A stretch of 64,000 nt of DNA from positions 1,135-65,134 of the forward strand of contig JADFJW010000001.1 of NCBI GenBank assembly GCA_022565235.1, written 5' to 3'. Positions 40,029 through 47,693 of this stretch are shown in pieces. Position 1 is the stretch's first letter, and each line of letters starts with the position of its first letter. Both the position numbers and the translations under genes were made by a program. The notes below the pieces were generated by a model. It was not told where the DNA came from. It worked only from the letters and a program-made list of their open reading frames with translations, and made no database searches. This stretch comes from Nanobdellota archaeon. Lineage in GTDB: Archaea > Nanobdellota > Nanobdellia > Woesearchaeales > GW2011-AR4.

Positions 40029-40496
40029 TTAAAGCAAGACATAAAGCACTATAATTGGTACAAAAAACCATAGATTCTTCAGAATAATACCATAATAATT
40101 TTTCTTTTTGAGGTTCAACAGTATAGAAGAGTTTGCAACCCCATATAAGAATATAAGAACCGTTTCCAGGACAAATAAATTGAAAATTTTGCTGCTTAGG
40201 TAGAATATCACTCCAAGAAGCAAATAGACAAGAGAGGATTTTTCTAAATTCATTTTTTTATTTAACATTAAAATTATTATAAAAAATAAGAGAATTGTTG
40301 TTAAGATAACATTGATTTTGTAGAAAAACAATAAAGAAACCAAAATCATGAAAAATAATATCTTTTTTAGCAGAATGAAATATCTTTTTCCAGGTTGCTG
40401 CTCTTCAGCTGCAAGTTTAATCAGGATTATGCCTAATAGCAATCCCAAGTAGGCTATTATTGACGCTAAAAAATAATTCAGATAGGTTATTTGCAT
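40029..40496 (-). CDS. hypothetical membrane protein (4 predicted TM)
   Basis: A hydrophobic 155-aa ORF. No family was recognised. Confidence 0.4.
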   Translation of the reverse strand: MQITYLNYFLASIIAYLGLLLGIILIKLAAEEQQPGKRYFILLKKILFFMILVSLLFFYKINVILTTILLFFIIILMLNKKMNLEKSSLVYLLLGVIFYLSSKIFNLFVLETVLIFLYGVANSSILLNLKKKNYYGIILKNLWFFVPIIVLYVLL

Positions 40497-40499
40497 AGT

Positions 40500-40955
40500 T
40501 TATTTTTCTATATCAGATATTTTTTTAATTCTTCTTTCATGTCTTTTTTCTTCAGTAAAACCTGTTGCAAGCCACGTTTTGACAGCGCTTATCGCTTCAT
40601 CTCTTGTGAGAAAACTTGCCCCCAAGGAAAGTATATTTGCATCATTATGCATCCTTGAAAGCTTAACAATTTCCATATTTTTTCCATAATACACGGCAGC
40701 CCTTATTCCCTTGGTTTTATTTGCAGTTATTGCCTCCCCTTGTCCAGAAGCTCCAAATACTATTCCTCTGCTGTTTTTGTCCGCTGAGACTTTTTTTGCT
40801 GCTTTGGAAATAAAATCAGGGTAATCATCAGCAGGATCAAATCTATTGGCTCCGACATCCTCAACTTCAAAGCCTTCTTTAAGCAAATATTTTTTTATTT
40901 GTTCTTTGAGCTTGAAACCTGCGTGGTCGGTCCCGAGGATTATTTTTTTATTCAT
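40500..40955 (-). CDS. rpiB: ribose-5-phosphate isomerase B
   Basis: KIILGTDHAGFKLKEQIKKYL...VFGASGQGEAITANK is the RpiB/LacAB family pattern. The start is taken at MNKKIILG, and the track start runs through the upstream palindromic element. Confidence 0.85.
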   Translation of the reverse strand: MNKKIILGTDHAGFKLKEQIKKYLLKEGFEVEDVGANRFDPADDYPDFISKAAKKVSADKNSRGIVFGASGQGEAITANKTKGIRAAVYYGKNMEIVKLSRMHNDANILSLGASFLTRDEAISAVKTWLATGFTEEKRHERRIKKISDIEK

Positions 40956-41002
40956 TCTTAGAATTACTCTTTTTTTATTGCTTTTAATATTTATTGTTTT
41001 TG

Positions 41003-41045
41003 TACGTTCCCGTACAACAGTGTATGGGGCTATCTTCGATAGCCC
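41003..41045 (-). promoter_or_regulatory. hairpin + box element upstream of rpiB (copy iii)
   Basis: On the minus strand, the hairpin gggctatc-gaa-gatagcccc is followed by TACACTGTTGTACGGGAACGTA, 50-90 nt upstream of the rpiB ATG. The same box occurs at 41748-41769. Confidence 0.5.
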
Positions 41046-41117
41046 GAGACGGCTTGATATGTTGTAGTCTCTGGATACCACAAGTATTCCACTATGTTGT
41101 TCTATGGGTGCGTAGAA

Positions 41118-41381
41118 TTACCAGGCTCTTATGTATTCGCTATGGCCCCATTGGATCAATAGATCAACTCCTAGCTTTTCAACTACAATAGGGACATCAC
41201 AACCACCCCAGCAGCTTCCAAGCCATATGACAACAGAAACATTAGTGTTTTTTTCTATGTGTTGCTGAATTTCCTTCGCTTTCGGCTTTAGGCCGTCAGG
41301 CAGCTGTATGCATACTAGTTTAGCGTCGTTTTCTTTAATTTTTTCTACTGCCTTATTTAGTTCTAAGTCGTAGTTTTCCAT
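41118..41381 (-). pseudogene. dph2: N-terminal fragment (87 aa) of diphthamide synthase Dph2
   Basis: LVCIQLPDGLKPKAKEIQQ...VVIWLGSCWGGCDVPIVVEKLGVDLLIQWGHS matches the first domain of Dph2 (about 330 aa). It is then terminated, and the remainder is absent from the window. Confidence 0.6.
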
Positions 41382-41648
41382 AATTGATAGAGAATAATAA
41401 GCTATTTTAAAAATTTATTGGGATGATTGCTTTGTTGACTACATAAACAATTCATCCATCTCGAAGTCGGAAAGATCCCTTTTATTGATAAGTTTACCAA
41501 AATCCTTGTCTTTCATCTTTTTCCTTTCTTCTCTCATGCTTTCTATCTCAATATGTTCTTCATCAAAAAATTCTTCCATAATTATTCACCATATGATACT
41601 ATCAGAACTCTTTTATTACTACTATTGAGTAATATAACTAGTATTTAA

Positions 41649-41695
41649 AGGTTTCGAATTGTGCATGCCTGCACACTAGCGTATTGGGATGTCTT
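41649..41695. promoter_or_regulatory. hairpin + box element (copy ii), identical 25-mer to the rpl18e copy
   Basis: ttgtgcatgcctgcacactagcgta, then tt, then gggatgtc-ttc-gacatccc. It is followed by two more palindromes: acccg-gttt-cgggt and cggtac-gta-gtaccg. Confidence 0.5.
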
Positions 41696-41739
41696 CGACA
41701 TCCCGAGACTGAGCATTCAGAAGTACCCGGTTTCGGGTC

Positions 41740-42396
41740 GTGCGGTACGTAGTACCGTACACTGTTGTACGGGAACGTAAAATTAGGGAAAGATTTATAT
41801 ATATTCTTAAGCAGTTTAAAGGTAAAAAAGCGGTGATAAATATTAATCTTAAGGCTAAATTCAAAAATGGTGTAAAAGGTCTAAAGGATTATATAGTTCT
41901 TGTTACAGTAAACCCTAAAGTTTATCAAAAATCCAATTTAGAGATAATAAGTTTGCTGGTAAATGAGCAAAAGACTCCAGGTGTTTATGTTACCTTGAAC
42001 AAGCCTTTTGATGTAATGATTAGGCTCTTTAAACAAAATAATATAGATCCAAGGCTAGTTATATTTATAGATGGCATTACCCAAGTAGGGGAAGGTAAAA
42101 AAAGAGTAAAAAACTGCCTGTTCATAGAATCTCCAGAGAAGTTAAGCGATATTTCTGTTGCGATGGACCAGGCTGTTAAGGCACTGCCAACAAAAGAAAA
42201 GTTCATATTCTTTGACTCAATAAATACTTTACAGGTGTTTAACAAGCCTGGAACTGTAGCAAGATTTGTTTATTTTTTAGCGAGCAAAATAAGGGAATGG
42301 AAAATCAAGGGCATTATAATATCGGTTAAGAAAGGCTCTGACGAGGCTTTAATTAATGAGTTGGTACAATTTTGTGATTTAAGAATAGATTTATGA
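41740..42396 (+). CDS. KaiC/RecA-superfamily (FlaH-like) protein with degenerate P-loop
   Basis: The overall pattern IVLVTVNPK...VIFIDGITQ...FIESPE...FFDSINTLQ...IIISVKKG fits a KaiC/FlaH-like fold but lacks GxxGxGKT. The track ATG lies inside the shared upstream box. The true start may be the GTG at AVININ. Confidence 0.5.
   Translation: MRYVVPYTVVRERKIRERFIYILKQFKGKKAVININLKAKFKNGVKGLKDYIVLVTVNPKVYQKSNLEIISLLVNEQKTPGVYVTLNKPFDVMIRLFKQNNIDPRLVIFIDGITQVGEGKKRVKNCLFIESPEKLSDISVAMDQAVKALPTKEKFIFFDSINTLQVFNKPGTVARFVYFLASKIREWKIKGIIISVKKGSDEALINELVQFCDLRIDL
41748..41769 (+). promoter_or_regulatory. box TACACTGTTGTACGGGAACGTA upstream of the KaiC-like gene (copy iv)
   Basis: Identical to the rpiB copy. 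It has the same orientation relative to its downstream gene. Confidence 0.5.
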
Positions 42397-42429
42397 TAAT
42401 GGTAAATGCACAACTAACTAAAATAAATT

Positions 42430-42466
42430 TTCGGAGGTACTTGAAAATCACAGATTTTCTGCACCT
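42430..42466 (+). terminator. long imperfect hairpin between the KaiC-like gene and the pilus genes
   Basis: ggaggtac-ttGAAAATCacaGATTTTCt-gcacctcc is a nested inverted repeat of about 14 bp. Confidence 0.3.
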
Positions 42467-42496
42467 CCTAATAAAAATATTTGGAGGTAAATCAAA

Positions 42497-42850
42497 ATGG
42501 TATCTGTTGCGGCTATAAGCATTACAACTGTAATTTTTGGGATCGGGGCTTTATTGCTTGCTTCAAGGGCAAGAAGCAGGCTCTCGCCAGGATCCTTAAG
42601 GAAATACATAGACAATTTTTCAATATGTCTTGCATTTATCGTCATTTTTTCCGTATGGCAGACTATTAGGAGCATAACAAACATTGAAGTTTCTCTCTCG
42701 GGTTTTACAGGCTACCCGGAACTTATTTTTTTAGTATTCGCATACATAGGATTTGTAATTGCATCATATAGGGTTTCAAAAATAAGTGAGGAGTTTGGTT
42801 TTAAGGAAGAAGGCAAGGAGATACAACGGCTAGTTAAAAAAAGAGAATAG
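42497..42850 (+). CDS. small membrane protein (3 TM), pilus-locus associated
   Basis: 117 aa. Hydrophobic segments VAAISITTVIFGIGALLLA, ICLAFIVIFSVW and LIFLVFAYIGFVIA. Confidence 0.4.
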   Translation: MVSVAAISITTVIFGIGALLLASRARSRLSPGSLRKYIDNFSICLAFIVIFSVWQTIRSITNIEVSLSGFTGYPELIFLVFAYIGFVIASYRVSKISEEFGFKEEGKEIQRLVKKRE

Positions 42851-42855
42851 TTAAT

Positions 42856-43296
42856 ATGGATATAGGGGGAAAAAAGGCTCAGGTAAGCGTTGAATATATG
42901 TTCCTTATAGGATTTGCTACTTTAATAACCATCCCATTAATTATAATTTACCAGTCTTTTATCCAGGATTCGAGAGAGGAGATAGCATCTGTACAAATAA
43001 TTGAGATTTCAAAGAAAGTGATTGATGCAGCTGAGTCTGTTTATTATCTTGGAGAGCCGTCCCAGACAACGTTGAGGGTAAACATACCTCACAATATAGT
43101 TGCAGTAGATTTAGAGAAGGGTAGTTTGGAGACGGGTTATTATGAAGTTATCTTTAATATAAGCACAAAATCAGGAATAGTGGAAATAGTACAAAATTCT
43201 GCTGTAAACATCACCGGATCTTTGCCAATAAATAAGGGAACTTACACAATAACAGTTAAAGCTAAATCTGATCATGTCAATGTTTCTTACAGATGA
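42856..43296 (+). CDS. archaeal type IV pilin-like protein (class III signal peptide)
   Basis: MDIGGKKA|QVSVEYMFLIGFATLITIPLII carries K-K-A, then Q+1, E+5 and a hydrophobic helix. Confidence 0.6.
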   Translation: MDIGGKKAQVSVEYMFLIGFATLITIPLIIIYQSFIQDSREEIASVQIIEISKKVIDAAESVYYLGEPSQTTLRVNIPHNIVAVDLEKGSLETGYYEVIFNISTKSGIVEIVQNSAVNITGSLPINKGTYTITVKAKSDHVNVSYR

Positions 43297-43691
43297 AAAT
43301 GCACAAGAAATCCCAGTCATCTATGGAGTTTTTTACTTTAGTAGGACTGGCTTTTTTGGTAGTAATAATTTTTGTAGCAGTTTCTGCCAATGAAATCAAA
43401 GAATTCGGAGACACTAAGGAATTCCTGCTGATAAAGGATCTGGCGCTAAAATTGCAGAAAGAAGTTGCTATTGCGGCATCTGTTGAAGATGGTTATGTGA
43501 GAAATTTTAATCTTCCGGATAAGCTTGAAAATATTGTTGATTATTTCACGATAATAAGAAACAACACATTAACAATAAATTCGTCCAAAACAGTCTTTTC
43601 TGTTGCAATACCAAACACCGCAGGAAAAAATTTCACAAAAGGCGCAAATAAGATTGAAAAAATAAGCGGAGTGGTGTATGTAAACAGGTAG
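43293..43691 (+). CDS. archaeal type IV pilin-like protein (class III signal peptide)
   Basis: MKMHKKS|QSSMEFFTLVGLAFLVVIIFVAV carries Q+1 and E+5. It overlaps the upstream gene by 4 nt. Confidence 0.55.
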   Translation: MKMHKKSQSSMEFFTLVGLAFLVVIIFVAVSANEIKEFGDTKEFLLIKDLALKLQKEVAIAASVEDGYVRNFNLPDKLENIVDYFTIIRNNTLTINSSKTVFSVAIPNTAGKNFTKGANKIEKISGVVYVNR

Positions 43692-43697
43692 TCAAAA

Positions 43698-44864
43698 ATG
43701 AAAATTACAAAAGCTCAGATATGGTTTACTGATTTTGTTATTGGCATATTAATATTTTCATTTGTACTTATTTCGTACTATACTTATACGATAAACATAT
43801 CAAAGCAAGATACTTCAGCAATGGATCAACTGGTTACGGATATCAAAACTGTTTCTACATCTTTAACTACTGAGGGATTCCCATCAGACTGGAATGCTAA
43901 TACAGTCATTAGAATAGGATTTACAGATAATTCCAATAGGATAGACAATACAAAGTTCGATGAATTTAATAAAATAGATTACAACAAAACAAAAAAGTTA
44001 CTTGGAACTATATATGATTATTTTCTATTCTTTGTAAATGAAAGCGGGGATGTTCAAAATGTTGAGGGTTATTGTGGAACTGGATTGGGTACTGTTAATG
44101 TTAGTTTGGATATAAATGCTGCTTATTATTATGAAAATGATGATGGAGAACAATTTTTAAAGTCATATATGGTGGAGGAAGAATTTGACGCCATTCCCTA
44201 TTGTGATGGTGGTCCAAAGTGTAGTGATTTATCTTTTACTGATTTTATAGCAGAAATAAATAATTATGATTTTGTTGTTGTAGAACATCCGGCATGGAGT
44301 ACAAGTGACTTTAATTCTTTTGAATCAGTTGCAAATCCATGGCTTTTAGGTGGAGGAATTCTCTTTGCAGGAGGCCAATTACCTGCGTCTAATCAGCATG
44401 AAGCATTCGGAGTTGAATTTAACAAAAAATCTGGCCAGTCTGAAAGTGACAGACTATCGACTGTTGTAAATGAAGATGAATTTATATCTTTTAATTTGGC
44501 TGATAATATTATATTTACACAAGCATATTATATTGAGGATGTAAGTATTGGAGCTAATCTTAAAGACATTGCAAGATTTAATGGTTCGTGGATAGAGTTT
44601 GATGACATTAAGGCAAATGGGGATATATCCTTAGCAAGATGGCCTCGTGGCAATGGTAAGATGCTTTTCTTCAGTGATTTTGATGCAGATTATCTTGCTG
44701 GAGATTTTCAGACAATCCTAGAAGGATCAGCAAATAAATGGGCTAATGCTGCATGTTTACCAATTAGTTTAACAGGTATAGATTTTAACAATTTAGTAAA
44801 GGCAGACAGGATGGTCATACACAACTCCAAGTTATTAAAAATGGTGCTTTACCTATGGGAATGA
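43698..44864 (+). CDS. pilin-like/minor pilin protein, 388 aa, class III signal-like N-terminus
   Basis: MKITKA|QIWFTDFVIGILIFSFVLISYY followed by a large Cys-containing extracellular domain. Confidence 0.5.
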   Translation: MKITKAQIWFTDFVIGILIFSFVLISYYTYTINISKQDTSAMDQLVTDIKTVSTSLTTEGFPSDWNANTVIRIGFTDNSNRIDNTKFDEFNKIDYNKTKKLLGTIYDYFLFFVNESGDVQNVEGYCGTGLGTVNVSLDINAAYYYENDDGEQFLKSYMVEEEFDAIPYCDGGPKCSDLSFTDFIAEINNYDFVVVEHPAWSTSDFNSFESVANPWLLGGGILFAGGQLPASNQHEAFGVEFNKKSGQSESDRLSTVVNEDEFISFNLADNIIFTQAYYIEDVSIGANLKDIARFNGSWIEFDDIKANGDISLARWPRGNGKMLFFSDFDADYLAGDFQTILEGSANKWANAACLPISLTGIDFNNLVKADRMVIHNSKLLKMVLYLWE

Positions 44865-45376
44865 ACAGAAAAGGGTTTTTTTTCACGATTGACAGTATTC
44901 TGGCCGGAGGGATAATTTTAATTACAATTATATTCGCCTCTTCTTTTTACTTAAGTGAGCAACCAATCTTTCATTTAAATTATCTGTCTCAAGATATAGT
45001 TAGAACTTTGTCAACCCTTAATGTTGTAGAGATTGACAATCAGTATATCAATGAACGCATAAGCTCCGGAGATATAACCAATCTTGACAACAATGTATTG
45101 GAGCAAATAGCTGAGTTCTGGGCTGATAATAATCTGGAATATGCCAACAAAACTATGAGTAATGTTACAGATCTTTTTATACCCAATACCATGGGTTTTG
45201 GATTATGGATAGATAATGAAGCAATATACACAAGAGACAGGCCTATAGAAAAATCCTTAGTTTCATCTAAAAAAATTTTAAGTGGATTTGAAAAAGGAAA
45301 ATCCGGGGGGTTAACAAGAATTAATCCACCAACATTATTGGGTCCTATTATAATAGAGGTGAGAGTGTGGCAGTAA
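44855..45376 (+). CDS. pilin-like protein, class III signal-like N-terminus
   Basis: MGMNRKG|FFFTIDSILAGGIILITIIFA. It is followed by a strong hairpin. Confidence 0.5.
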   Translation: MGMNRKGFFFTIDSILAGGIILITIIFASSFYLSEQPIFHLNYLSQDIVRTLSTLNVVEIDNQYINERISSGDITNLDNNVLEQIAEFWADNNLEYANKTMSNVTDLFIPNTMGFGLWIDNEAIYTRDRPIEKSLVSSKKILSGFEKGKSGGLTRINPPTLLGPIIIEVRVWQ

Positions 45377-45397
45377 AATGCAACTTCGTTGCATTTT
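45375..45397 (+). terminator. stem-loop aaaatgcaac-ttcg-ttgcatttt immediately after the pilin-like gene stop
   Basis: A perfect 9-10-bp stem with a UUCG loop and flanking A/T runs, followed by the GTGTTATAACAC palindrome at 45414-45425. Confidence 0.45.
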
Positions 45398-45476
45398 ATA
45401 GGCCTCCCCACCAGTGTTATAACACATTATGCGCCCACCCCAGCAGGGGATATTAAGAATGCAAAACTAAGTAAAA

Positions 45477-46481
45477 ATGAAAGTGAATAAAAAAGGGATT
45501 TTTTTTACTTTTGCGGCCATAGTCCTATCCCTCATTATAATAACCTCGTTTAATATTTATACCGGCTATAGATTAAAAGAGGAGATGGAAGTGATAGAAG
45601 TCAGAATAAATACGATGAACAGCTTCATTATTGATTTAGAAAAGGATATAGAAAATGTTATTTTTATATCTGGTTTCAGGAGTTTGCTGAGTCTGGAGGA
45701 TTATTTGATGGATCATGACGAGTTTTTTAATGATGGAATCAACACTCCAGGCCTGGATACTGCTTTTGAAGATGTATTTCTTAAGGGAACAATTACTTAC
45801 GGAGCTAGTATTGACCATATGGCTTTAATGGATAACAATACTTTCCTTAACTGGACTAAGAGGATTAAAGTGGAGGCTAATAAAACTGGCATAGAATTGG
45901 AGTTTACTGTCAATGGGGTAACTATAGATCAGTCAGAGCCTTGGAAAGTGGATGTTGAGGTAGATCTGACAATTAAGATTGACGACAAAAAAAATACAGC
46001 ATCGTGGACAATAACTAAGCCTTATACGGGAAAAATAAATATAACCGGTTCAGGAAAATTTGTGGATCCTTTGTATTTAATCTACACAAATGGGCTAGCC
46101 AACAATGAAATAAGGCAGACTACTGAGGCTTTTCCAGGAGGGAGTTTGATAACACATTTAGATAATAGTTATTATATAGAAAACATAGATGCACCAAGCT
46201 ATCTGAACAGATTTGAAGATGATAAGAAATTTACTGCTTCTGTTAATGGTATTGAAAGCCTTGCTGATGTACCAACTCTTGTAGGTTTGGGTCTAGGATT
46301 GCCAGGTATTGGTAAGACTGCAGTGGACCATATTTATTTTTCATCCAGCACTCCCATTGCCAGTTTGATTGAAGATATGGAAGTGTCACGTGATTGGTTT
46401 TATTTAGACTATACTGTTCCGTGTACACCTGGATCCGAAGGACTGCATATGGAATACTATGATGCAACATGTGATATATAA
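45477..46481 (+). CDS. pilin-like/minor pilin protein, 334 aa, class III signal-like N-terminus
   Basis: MKVNKKG|IFFTFAAIVLSLIIITSF followed by a large extracellular domain. Confidence 0.5.
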   Translation: MKVNKKGIFFTFAAIVLSLIIITSFNIYTGYRLKEEMEVIEVRINTMNSFIIDLEKDIENVIFISGFRSLLSLEDYLMDHDEFFNDGINTPGLDTAFEDVFLKGTITYGASIDHMALMDNNTFLNWTKRIKVEANKTGIELEFTVNGVTIDQSEPWKVDVEVDLTIKIDDKKNTASWTITKPYTGKINITGSGKFVDPLYLIYTNGLANNEIRQTTEAFPGGSLITHLDNSYYIENIDAPSYLNRFEDDKKFTASVNGIESLADVPTLVGLGLGLPGIGKTAVDHIYFSSSTPIASLIEDMEVSRDWFYLDYTVPCTPGSEGLHMEYYDATCDI

Positions 46482-46523
46482 CATAGAAACATTTTTAAAT
46501 TATATATCTATTAAATTATTAAA

Positions 46524-47666
46524 ATGGGATTAACAAGCTCTATAATTGAAACTGGTGTTGATAAGCTAGTTAAATTGGTTAATACTGCTGGAAGGGTTTC
46601 TTCATATGATGCTGCAAAAGAGCTTGGTGTCAGCAATACCATTATTATGGAATGGGCAGATTTTCTTGAAGAAGAAGGAATCATAAAGGTAGAATATAAG
46701 TTCACAAAACCATTTTTAGTTACGAGAAAGCTTGGAAAAAAAGAGGTGGAAGAAAAGGCAAAAGAATTTTCCGGTAAAAAGGATGTTTTTGTGAGGAAGG
46801 CAGAGGTTTCATTAAGTTTTCTTGATAGGGAATCAGAGAAGCTGAAAGGCGTAAAGGAAGAGTTCGAGAAAATCAAAAAAAATCTCGGTTTTGATTTAGA
46901 TGACATAAAGAATGAACTGCAGGAATTGACAAAATACGAGCAGTTAAAAATAGACCTGGATAAGAAGATTGGAGAACAAAAGACATCTTCTATCGATAAG
47001 ATCCAAGAAATGATAACGCAGATTTCAAGAGAGAGACAAAAATATAATAGTATTTTGATGGAACTTAAAAAAGAAGAAAATGTATTGGGAAAAGAAAAAA
47101 GTGAGGTAAAATCTATAGAAGAAAGCGAGAAACTTATCAAAGACAGGCTTAAAGGCCTTAAAAACACCATCAAAAATGTGGAAAACAAAGTCAAAGCGGA
47201 AGAGGATAGCTTTCATGTTTCTGAAAGCAACATTCAAAAGCTGATTGCAATGGCTGACGGCATAAAAGCCAAAGTTGAAAATGAAAAAGGCCTGATAGAG
47301 CCTCTTGTGCAGAAAAGTGAAAATCAGGCAGAAAGTATACAGCAGTTGCAGAATACAATAATAAAGAAGATAGAGGATAAAGAAAAAAAGCTTAAGGGGA
47401 CAAAAAAGGCCGCTGAAAAACTGAAGACATTTTTTAAGAAGAAGCTTGGTGTGCTAACACTTATAGATAAGGTAAATGAAGATAGAAATAATCTTGAAAC
47501 TGAATTAATTGGCCTTATAAAAAAAGCCAAATCCTTCCAGCTGACCTCAAAGACAGCAGATGTAGGGACCCAGATAATAAGTTTTGAGAAAAAATTCAAG
47601 GATGTAGATGAAAAAAAGAAGTTTTTTGAAAAAGAATTAAAAAAATTAAGCTCATATTTTAAATAA
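46524..47666 (+). CDS. winged-helix N-terminal domain fused to long coiled-coil protein
   Basis: N-terminal LVKLVNTAGRVSSYDAAKELGVSNTIIMEWADFLEEEGIIKV is wHTH-like. The remaining roughly 300 aa are K/E-rich heptad-like coiled coil. Confidence 0.5.
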   Translation: MGLTSSIIETGVDKLVKLVNTAGRVSSYDAAKELGVSNTIIMEWADFLEEEGIIKVEYKFTKPFLVTRKLGKKEVEEKAKEFSGKKDVFVRKAEVSLSFLDRESEKLKGVKEEFEKIKKNLGFDLDDIKNELQELTKYEQLKIDLDKKIGEQKTSSIDKIQEMITQISRERQKYNSILMELKKEENVLGKEKSEVKSIEESEKLIKDRLKGLKNTIKNVENKVKAEEDSFHVSESNIQKLIAMADGIKAKVENEKGLIEPLVQKSENQAESIQQLQNTIIKKIEDKEKKLKGTKKAAEKLKTFFKKKLGVLTLIDKVNEDRNNLETELIGLIKKAKSFQLTSKTADVGTQIISFEKKFKDVDEKKKFFEKELKKLSSYFK

Positions 47667-47693
47667 TTTAAGCCAGTAAAAAGAGGTGGAATT

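Noticed and set aside
40988-41775. The 26-nt inverted repeat pair (40988-41013 and 41748-41773) as terminal inverted repeats of an IS or MITE
   Set aside because: No transposase lies between them, and the enclosed DNA holds a dph2 fragment. Each copy has the same orientation and distance relative to a downstream gene start (rpiB, KaiC-like). A related box plus hairpin also sits at the rpl18e start, so a cis-regulatory motif fits better. Mobile-element origin is not fully excluded.
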